Source: Catajapyx aquilonaris (lineage: Eukaryota). Taken from it: a DNA stretch of 20,000 bases. The translations under genes were made by a program, and so were the position numbers. How positions within the stretch are numbered: the stretch's first letter is position 1; every line of letters starts with the position of its first letter. The notes under the pieces are model-generated. The model had not been told where the DNA came from, made no database searches, and worked only from the letters and a program-made list of their open reading frames with translations. Positions 10,416 to 20,000 of the stretch are shown piece after piece. Location: NCBI GenBank assembly GCA_000934665.2, contig KZ538524.1, forward strand, positions 53,289 through 73,288. Reading direction: 5' to 3'.

Positions 10416-11001
10416 GACCGTCTTGGCCGTGTCCCACCACCATTGACACTAGTGACACCAGACGGTCAGTCTTTTCTCCCCCAACCCCAACGGTGGTCAT
10501 CACCAGTGTGTCCGGGCAGTAGTTTGGGCTATGGTCCCGCCCTTAAACTCGCCGTGGCTTATAGCCCGCCCCTGTCCCTCCACGCGCACACATAACACAC
10601 ACACCCCACGCCCCCTGCAACCCCCCCACCACACCACACCCCCCCACACAGCCACGGGGGAATCACACAACCACCCCCTCTCTTGAAAAGCACCGAAAAA
10701 ATGCAATGTCCAACACTGTCAACCCCAACCGTATTCTTTTTCTACCTTCCACTCCGTGTGCTTGGCTGCCACCCCCGTGAAAGAGCCCCCGCGATGTGTA
10801 CCCAACCAACCAGCGGTGGGGCTACGTGCTTGCTCCAATATTTTGTTGTGCAGCCGGGGAATAAATCAATACGGGTATATTTGTACGAGACTGCTTGTTT
10901 ACTGCTAAGATGCGCGCCCCCTCTCCACTGCCAGCAAAATGCTGCAGCTTCAACTGCCCCAGACTTGGCTCACTTTCCCTGCGCCCCACCCCCGCACCAT
11001 C

Positions 11002-11159
11002 CACTCCCTTTACTTCAGAAGGGGGGAATAGTTAACCCCAAACCTATTTAACACCATTTTTTTTAGAGAGAGGGGGGGGACACTCCCTTTACTTCAGAAG
11101 GGGGGAATAGTTAACCCCAAACCTATTTAACACCATTTTTTTTTAGAGAGAGGGGGGGA
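11002..11159 (+). repeat. Head-to-tail 79-bp tandem duplication
   Basis: 11002-11080 and 11081-11159 are identical except for homopolymer lengths (T8/G8 vs T9/G7). Confidence 0.97.
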
Positions 11160-11320
11160 CGGTCCTCCCACCCCCCACCACCCCCGTCTCCCTTCCACCC
11201 TTGCACCTTAATTAAACGGCTAATTCGGAGCTGCTGCTAGAATAGATTAAGGTGAGAGGGTAGGGTCACACTTGCATGCTGGGGAGAGCCTCCAATTTGA
11301 AACACGCACGCTAAACCTGT

Positions 11321-11345
11321 ACATACCGGAATCGGTCCGGTATGT
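11321..11345. repeat. Perfect 10-bp-stem hairpin
   Basis: ACATACCGGA-ATCGG-TCCGGTATGT. Confidence 0.8.
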
Positions 11346-14300
11346 GCGACTATACGTTCAAAATGTTTTTGTACAAAAATTCTGTACTTTTGAGCACATT
11401 GTTGGTATTCTACGAACTTATATTGATTGCTGTTGTCCTATTGATTTAACCCCTTTTTTTTACACAGCCCCCCCCCCCTCCCTTAAGTAATAAGGACGGC
11501 TTTAAAAATCTAGTTGCCAAACCCGGATCTAATAATAAAAAGGTGCGGTGTCCGAAATACACCTCCAGACTCATCCTTTTTTTTCCCCCCCTTCCACTCG
11601 TAAGCTTAAGGATTTTATAAACGGGACGTCGTGTGGGGTGGCCCCCGTCTACTGTATAGGACGAAACGAGTTAGTTTGATATAAAAAAAAATGCATGATG
11701 GGCCAGCAAACCATTTGAAGAAGTGGAGGCGACCCCGGACGAGTTTTAATCCTGCGGCCGTGAATCGTGATCAAGGGCCCCCCGATATTTCAGGCTTCGT
11801 CCCTGGGTGTGTATTGTCGCCCGATAATCATCGGGAGTGTATTTTATTTTAAACGGATTAACCCGTTCCGGGGGATCCCAACGCCCCGGCTGCCCTCCCA
11901 CCATACCTTGCCTAAAATGCTCCCAAAGGAACCAACACTGACACCCAACAATAACTCTTGTCCTTTCCAACCACACATGAACACACTGGAGGGGAGAAGA
12001 AAATTCTTGAGTTTTTTTTTTCTGCCAGTAGCCTCTATGTATCGACAACAACGCTACAAAATATCATTTTGTAGTTTAGGTTGTATCATTCGAGGATGAA
12101 ATGGTATCCATTCTAACCAACTCTATAATTATAAAAATTCAAAACCGCTTTAAAAATGTTTGCAGCTGCAATAACAATCAGCTTATTAATAATTCGAGAT
12201 CATTATAACAATGGCCACTATTTAATTATTATAAAATGTAACATAATGCTTCAAACGCGGCGCTCCGGCTTTATTTCTGTATAAACAAACAATTAACCCC
12301 GATTTCATGCAGTGTGCCGACATTCCTTCTGTTGATGCCAAGTGTACTGCCGCGCAAAATTTAACACTGTTTCAATACACTGGGCCTGGCGCCAAACAAG
12401 CCCTGGCCCCGGCAGCTTTTGCCTGTAAATAATTTCCGCGCATTTACACCGTATACCACTTTCCGTGCGACTTAATTCCCACACACTGCACCCTGGTGGT
12501 AATGATTATCGTGTGCAGTTGCTTTCTATTTCAAGCCGCCGGTTATTTTTACCTGCATATCGGAAGATGTATGTGGGTCCCGACTATAAGGACGACCGGC
12601 AAAACATGCTTTCGAAAAGCGGATTACAGTCATTTCCCCAGCATATACACAACAAGCGCCGCCACCACATGCTACCTTGGCCAAGGTTAGTAGCACGCCC
12701 GCTAAACGGCCGCCTATAAAGTCAGGCCTATGGGGAGGGAGCAGAAAAGGGGCCTATAGCTCGAAAAGCTTGGGGCTAAACACGTGCAAGAGGTGAAAAT
12801 GGTGGAGGCGAAATTTCGCACGCATCTAAACCACTTCATCTCCTCAAGACTCTCCTCAGCCGAGAAACTAACTCTCCGGGGCATTGTTCCGGGGTTGCCT
12901 CCACCACCACACACCCCTATACTACTACCTCGCTTGCATTCCAGAGACACTTGTGGCCAAAACTGTGGCTGCCACTGGAAAGGGATAGATGCTAGAAAAT
13001 GGGGGGCGAAAAGCAATGTCTATACAAAGAAAATAATAATAATTCGCAGCATATACGCAACAATAGCACTAAACCGCGGTACTATTCAACTCAAAATTAA
13101 ATCGCACTTGCCACAACTATTTTTTTAAACAATATGCATTATGCGTAAACGGAACTGTATTCGCATATTACTGTACTGTGTTTTTTTTTCCTGTCCACCT
13201 CGTAAATTATTAACGTTTTAATTTTGCAAGCACTGAAAGGATTAGGGGCACAAACCCTTTGTAATCCTCCCAAACCGATTGTATCGGACACAACACTGCA
13301 TTATTTATGTAAAACGGAAATTCGACAGATTGACTCGTCATCTTGTTCATTCGCGTCTCTCGACCTTGTTAAAAGACGTTTCGATTTCCCCCAAAGCGAT
13401 TGCACGCGAGCAGTGTTTGTTGCTCGCCAAGTCAGAATGTAGGGCCTCAAACATTTATTGGATCGCTACAAAATATTCCCCCACTTCCACCCCCCTTCCT
13501 TCTATTAGATAGCATGCGGACAACTTACTCGAATACGCAAGCACGAAGCTATACAAAATTTCCTTTCGTAATGTGATCACTTTAAAGTGAAGTTAGGGGC
13601 TATCAAGCTGTGTTTGTACGTTAATAATTCAGAACGGGTTGGTATCGCGTATCAAGCGTATGTCACGAATAATACAAATCCCAGTTATTTCCTGTGCGTA
13701 TTTTGAAACTAGCCAAATTGTTGAAGGGTTGAAAAAAAAGAAATGAATTCCAGAGCAGGCATTTATGGTGACAAGTGCTCCTCTCGACAAGTTGTAATTC
13801 GATGCTCATATTGAAACGTGTCGAACAATGCGAAATTGGGCATGCTTTTTTTTCATACTTGCTTTTTTCTGAAGAGTCGCCAAGTACCCACGCAGTTTGG
13901 CCAGAACAACCCTATGAAATATTCGATATCCGATATGCATATACTCCTCCAAAATATTCTCCTCACGACTCCCCGAGATGGGAAAGAGGAGACCAGTACT
14001 GCAAATATGATGACAATATCAATAACTCCCCCTGCCTGCTAATAGACTGCCCATTGTTTTCTGCGGTCCCAAAAGAAAGAAAGAAAAAAAAGAGAAACTT
14101 CCTGCGGTAAACGGGACCCAATCGACAATATCTGACTCGCATTATGCAGATAAAACATAGACCCGCGATGTCTGCTCAAAATCGGATAACCACAGAAAAT
14201 TACTCCCATATAAGCCTGAAGCCTCTTATAAGGCATTGTCAACTCTTCTTGACCCACTGTCAGGCCGATCTGGAGGAGGAAAATTCATCACTTGGGACAG

Positions 14301-16457
14301 TCATTGTCCCCGTCTCATAATTGTCCCCACTTTTTTCTCCCCCCAAAAACGTCAAAGGTGGAAAATCAAGTAAGAGAAGACAAAATGATGGAGACGGAGC
14401 CCCCCATTCACACCATATAAAAAATTAAGAAAGTGAGAAGCATCCATTACTCACTGCTGGTATTGTTATATTTCCCCCCCTTCTTTTTATTCTTCGGCTA
14501 GTAAACATGTAACCCAAAGTTTTAGGTGCAACCCACAGTTTTTTTTTTCGAAGGACAACGATGGCTCATCACTTCCTCTTGGTCTCGAAGTATCAAGCGC
14601 CGGCGCCATTGTGAAAGAATGAATGTGACAAGAGGAGAGACTCCGCAGAGCAGATTGTAATGCTTACGCCGCAGATTACAGTTTCCCAAAATAAAGTTTT
14701 AGGGGGGAGGGGGGAGGGGGGGGTTTCCCCAGACTCAGAGAGGGAAAACACTGGAAACATTTCTAATGTCAGGTGACGGTTTTCGCAAAACCGGAAGAAT
14801 ATTTTACGCAAAATTTTAGGCAAAATTTGCCATCGCTTTATTTTGTTATCAAGTTGTCAAAGTGTGGGATCAGGTGCTCCAAACATCTGTCTTCCAACTG
14901 TGGATTATTACTATAAAAATTTCCTTATTTAATCAAAAAGTTCGCAATATAGCTACACTTTAGCACAATAAACCGGACTTTTTTATTGTTTTTTTTGTGT
15001 AAGCCTGAGTCTTTCACAACTTTGCTCTTCCACGGCATGCGCAACAACAACAGCCTTTATCGGTTATTGTTTTCGGGGGGCGGGAATCCCATGGCAATGA
15101 CAGATTGATCCGATTTTCACCCAAGGTGTGCAATCGCTAGGCCCCAGTCATTAAGCCGCTAAAAGTGAGATCTCCGCAGTTTTCTCCCCAAGCCCAACAA
15201 TTAATTTCCACAAAGAATCTCCCCAGGAAATGGCAAAAAAAACTCGATTTCTTTACCCCCCAGCTTGTTCTATACACCCAAATTGATTCAGACTAATAAA
15301 CCATTTTCCTTAAGACTTCCTTTTTCTTAGGGGGAAAAAAATTCTGAGTGCTGTCAATGTTTGGCTGTGATGTAGCCGACAAAAGTTGGCCCGAAAACAT
15401 TCAAAAAAACTCCTTTTTTCCCCCTCACTCACTGCTATGATGCTTGAACTTAGCACTTCGATGAGATTTTCAATTTGCCAACTTCTTCATTGCACATTTC
15501 AACTTCGACTAGAAAAAAAAATATATATCTGTTATAGCAAAAAAGGCGCGAAGCTGGGAGAGAGAGGGGAAAAAAGTCTCTCCCTCTGTAGGTTGCAGAT
15601 TGCACTTCTACCTGATTAATTTTTTCTTCAATACCTTCTTTTTAAAAAAACGGTTTCTAACAGTGTCAGATTTTTTTTTATTTTCTAGGTTCTTTTTCCG
15701 AAGGACCTTTCATCCACGATCCCCCCCTCACTTCATTCGCAATCTCGAAGGAGGTGAGCAAACTTTTTTTTCTCTCTCTCTCTTCCTTCCTTCCTTCTTC
15801 TTCTATCCCTTTCCCTCAACCCCAACAGCACAAAGCAAAAGAGGGTAGATTAATCATTCATGAGTTCGAATCCAAGACTCCTTAGTGCAATTTTACCTAA
15901 TCCTGAGAAGATTAAAACTTGATTAGACTTTAGTTTTTCTTCCTATGACCCCTACCGTGGGGGGTCTAGTGTATATTTTACATACTAAAAAATGGGGGAG
16001 TATCCGCCTCTCCTTTGTGTGACCAGCCTGCCCTCTACCGATGGCTTCCCCTCAACGAACCCTCCCCAATCCTTCAGCCGCACAATACACAAATTTTATC
16101 CGGCCTTCGCCTCTCTTTCCCTGTTTACTCAATATACAGCGCTTCACTATTGATCGCCAAGCTCTTGAACATGGTAAATAAGTGCCCTGGGAAAGTTATA
16201 TGTTCTGCATACGATTTTGCCCCCTCGCCTCTCCCCTCCCACCTCCACATCCCCACCTCCCCCCCCCCCNNNCCCCCCCCCCCTCTCAACCGCTCCCATT
16301 TTCAAATCGATGGCGTCACTCGGCATTGTCTATAGGAGTCGGCCTGGAATCAGACAGTCCCCGATTTGATACGGCCCGCCCAATTTTAAATTGTGATTGG
16401 GCCCAGCTACTGCCGCTCCGTCACCTGTAATCTGTAAATCAGGGGGGGTGAGGGGGC

Positions 16458-16475
16458 GAGAGAGAGAGAGAGAGA
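16458..16475 (+). repeat. (GA)9 microsatellite
   Basis: Perfect GA repeat between a G-rich tract and a poly-A run. Confidence 0.9.
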
Positions 16476-17174
16476 AAAAAAAGGATGGTAAAGTTAAGAG
16501 TGGCGAAGAGGAAATAGGCGCCTTTGGAAATGAATGGCCACTCTCCGTACTTCTGTCGGCGGTTTTAGGGCCGGTTGTAAGATGCGCTAAAGACATTCCG
16601 AGTCGACAGAACGACAGGACCACGACTTTCACTTTCTTTACTTCCTCCAATTTCTTAAAGGAAAAAGGAAATCCGCAAAAGTGGCCAAGAGGCATCAATA
16701 AGTTGACAGTAAAATCAATTAGCAAAACAAAACAAAAAATGTGAAAAATATTTCAAAAAAAAAACTCGTCAGTTAAACTCCATTTCCCCAACCTATTTAA
16801 AAAGCCTTTTCAACTATGGCCGGCACTCATGCATAATAATTACTATGATTATATTTTTTACGCCCGTAAGACAGTAACTTCCTCGATGTGCTTCCTACAT
16901 TTTGAGAAATTATGAGACCAGAGAGCAAAGTCATCCCCACAATTTCCAGTCTAGCGCCGAGGAGAAAATTCTTCGCTTTGGATGACTACTTTCGCCCAAC
17001 ACTTTTACCCGTCCACACAAAACGGAAAAAGGGGTAAGGAGGGAGAGGGGGTGGAGGGAAAGGGGGTTTGAAAAGAAGAAGTCGAGAAGAGGATTCTTCC
17101 AAGTCGCTCTTCTTGAAAAGTGCTTCCCTTCAAAACTAACAAAAGAATTAGAGAAGAAGAGAGAGGGGGGGCGA

Positions 17175-17344
17175 CGAATTGTCATCCTCTGCTATGCATA
17201 TTCACACCACAATAATAATTTCCCTATGCAGATTGCGGAGTCGATTCTCCTTTTCCCTGCTTCCTCTACCGCGATCTTCATTTCGACCATAGAAATTGTT
17301 GGCACGGGGAGAACTGGGGACACTAATTTTTCCCCCCGAGAATA
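17175..17344 (-). pseudogene. Possible decayed fragment of a PD-(D/E)XK (restriction-endonuclease-like) protein
   Basis: Translation YSRGEKLVSPVL...VEMKIAVEEAGKRRIDSAIC; a shifted frame gives REIIIVV*ICIAEDD. By eye this resembles the helix + 'G/R-x-D-Y-A-I...hhh-x-E-x-K' core of Crinkler-associated REase-like domains. No alignment was run. Confidence 0.2.
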
Positions 17345-18448
17345 TCTTACACGTACAAGCAAAGATTTTTTTAGCAAAATTATCCAGCACACGTACATGC
17401 AAAAAAAAAATCCGTTTATGGGTCATCAATAGGATGAAATAAATGACCAATGAAGTCTGAAAAGTGAAATCTTATGTCGAGAAAAATTTCCTCATCAATT
17501 ATGGGCTGCCCAAGGAGATAAGAGGTATTAATAAATCAGACCCCCCCCCCCCCTCTCGATTTTTATGTGCGGGAACTGTTATTAATCAAGGCATGAAAGG
17601 TATTTACCGAATTTTTGCATTTTCGGCTGCCTAAGCGGATTTCTCCTTTCCCTCCCAGCACAGCACCCGTGTTCGCTCACCTATGGCAAGAAACATCTGA
17701 TGGAGCTGATATTCTAAGCAGGACAAGTCGCAAAAATTTTCTCTCTATACACTTGATGGCCGCAACACTCTGATGGGTACGCACCAAACGGGAAAAAACC
17801 TTGGGCATGAGTAATCATTCCGAAAATGTCATCAGGTGTGAAAATGGGAGGTGGGAATCAAGCAACCGGACGAAAACGTGCCCAATCCCACCCCTTGTCC
17901 CCCACCCCCCACTTTAAAATTCACGCTTTGCTTGAAAACCTTCCCAACTTCATCCGTCCACAAAAGGTGTCGGGGACAACAGACTCCTTCAGCCCAAAGA
18001 CGTGACCACCCCCCCTCAAATTGGCCAAAAATGGTGCTAAAAACACAATACTGCAAAAAAAAACGAGAGGAAGTGAGGTGGCAGAACATCCTTCGGAAAA
18101 AAGAGACTTTTTTTTAGCTTGTGTGTTATTTAGCCCCAGAACTTTTCACTCATCCGAAACTGTACCCCCCTCGCTGGCTAACAACGTTGCTTCCAGGTGT
18201 GTATGTCAATAACTGACCAGCTGAGCTCAACACCCTCGGACGTATGTACAGATATTGACAGAGTTGGGGGCGTAATTAATATGTATGTACGTACCTCCCG
18301 ACCAAAGTGCTGTTCCCCCCCGTTATATGCTATATTCCAAAGCCCTCGCTCTCTGGGAACATTTCCTAGGCCCCCGTGATTTCTGACTCACTGGCTCAAT
18401 CTTCGTCTCGCTGAGTAGTAAGCATTACCTGCCGATCCCATCACAAAT

Positions 18449-18685
18449 TCAGAATTCATTACTACCGACACCGTTTCGCCACTCATCGAAATATCTAGCA
18501 ACAAAGGATGGAATACGTCTATTTAATTTCGACGTGACTTGCTGTTTCAGGAATACATATTGTGGACTCCCCAGCTTGAGCAACATGTCATTGACACATA
18601 CCCGCACCGAATTTATGAGAGCCTCGACGCCCTCGGATTCTAGACGTGAGAAACTCGTTAGACGCCTATAGCTTCTGCCCATTCC
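18449..18685 (-). pseudogene. Possible decayed BEL/Pao retrotransposon gag (DUF1759-like) fragment
   Basis: A stop-free frame reads RRLTSFSRLESEGVEALINSVRVCVNDMLLKLGSPQYVFLKQQVTSKLNRR...FDEW. Its spacing recalls 'L..L...es...L...v...l..L..LG.p....l...i.sKL......eW'. This is a motif impression only. Confidence 0.2.
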
Positions 18686-20000
18686 TACCCCCCCCCCNNN
18701 NNCCCCCCCCCCTCCAAAAAACCTTTCCCTACACCTGCCAGACGACCCCAAAGTTTAATCCCCACCAGCATCTGGACCTCTCCGAAGCCCATCCATTCCA
18801 ACACTTCTTCCTCTCTCCCTGCCCTCCCGCCCCCTTAACACCACCCCAATCACACCCTCCCCCTCCCCCCCTCTCTAGCCATCCTCCTACTAAATCCAGT
18901 CACCAACGCAACTTGTCAACCTGGCGCTGGAGAAATTAGCGCCGCCACTGTCGTGCCTCAATCCGCCATGATTCCTCCGCCTCCATCTTAGCCGGACTTA
19001 CAACCCGGGGTCTGAAAACCGCCGAAACCCACGAGGGAAAGTCTTTGGGGAGGGGGTGTATACAGGCAAAGCAAGCTGGAAGAATAATATTGTGGTTGTG
19101 GTAACACACTACCACTCCCAGTTCACCCTGGCAGACAGAGATGAACGATGTGGGCAGTCGCCCTTCACAGCTGCTCTCCAGCGCACTCTGGATCCCAAAA
19201 GGGGACGACTATCTACCTCTTCCTCAACCCAAAACCCCCTCCACTTCTCCTGGGGGTGATTGATTCCTGCTCCCGGTTCGACAGTGATGATATAAATAAA
19301 ACTATTGTGGAAGGAATTGATAAATCTTGAGCCTGCTGCTGTAATTGATTACTACAGATTTGAATAGAATCGCCCCCGCCAAAAAAATAATGTTTGAAGC
19401 ACCGGGGGAATCCCCGTGCCATTATGACAACACGTCAAAACTCAATTCTTTCAACGATTAATGGCTCGAGGTCCACGGGCTGTTCTTCTACGCATCATCC
19501 TCCACAAACTTTTCTCACCCATATCCTCCCTTCGCCATGGGAAGAAAAGAAGCTAAAGCTTTCTTTGTGGCATAGGGGCCATGAAGATGCTCGGTTTTTG
19601 GGGGAGGGTGGAAAAAGGACGGTATTCAAAACATTTGTAGCGGAACATCCAGTCTTCGGCGTAAAACCCAAACACATAGCAATGATTAAAATGTCATCGC
19701 CAACAAAAATTTTCCTAAAAATTTAAGAGGTCGGCCATTAAAGAATCTCATGTCGAAGGAGTGAAATAAAAATCCTTCCCCCCCTCATCGTTCCAACATT
19801 GTAATATTTCACCCACTTTTTTTTCTGCCTCCCCATGCTCTCTATCAGATAAACTCTCTGTAGGATGAAACGGACCAATGATTTACAATTTTGTTATCGG
19901 AGCATTACTGCTTTAGAGAGTGCAGGAATCACTTCCAAACGGAATGCGCATGGATTTTTTTTCCCCCTCTCCCTCCCTCCCCACCTCCCCAAAAAAACCC

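Noticed and set aside
10131..10595. 154-aa formin/WASP-like poly-proline ORF
   Set aside because: The poly-Pro derives from a (CCN) repeat in a C-rich region with ORFs open in several frames, and there is no flanking domain.
12712..12900. YKVRPMGREQK... as a Ty3/gypsy RT N-terminus
   Set aside because: There is an in-frame stop and none of the downstream RT motifs (SP, DYR.LN, YxDD).
11859..13642. TTAA-CCCGTTC ... GAACGGG-TTGG as a second piggyBac element
   Set aside because: Only about 9-11 bp of inverted match, the right flank is not TTAA, and there is no transposase remnant. Matches this short are expected by chance in 20 kb.
17349..17403. 15-bp direct repeat ACACGTACA(A/T)GCAAA, 40 bp apart
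   Set aside because: Real but minor; most likely a small old local duplication with no further structure.

Overview
Eukaryotic-looking, gene-poor, low-complexity DNA, probably intergenic or inside a large intron. The host cannot be identified, although CpG appears common by eye, which argues against bulk vertebrate DNA. No intact protein-coding gene, rRNA, complete tRNA or CRISPR array can be supported. All listed ORFs are short (<=162 aa), overlap on both strands and are often inflated by homopolymers or microsatellites. The best-structured feature is a 259-bp non-autonomous piggyBac-type element (1746-2004) with a TTAA target-site duplication and bipartite inverted ends. It lies between a 21-bp-arm inverted repeat carrying GCGCATGCG (1635-1703) and a Tc1/mariner-style terminus ...CACCCTG-TA (2077-2079), which suggests nested transposon insertion. 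Also present are a 24-bp AT-rich minisatellite, a near-perfect 79-bp tandem duplication, (CT)24, (CA)13 and (GA)9 microsatellites, many long poly-G/C tracts that coincide with the N positions, and a few weak, motif-level hints of decayed coding sequence (PD-(D/E)XK-like, BEL/Pao gag-like). I do not see convincing evidence of a new multi-gene system.
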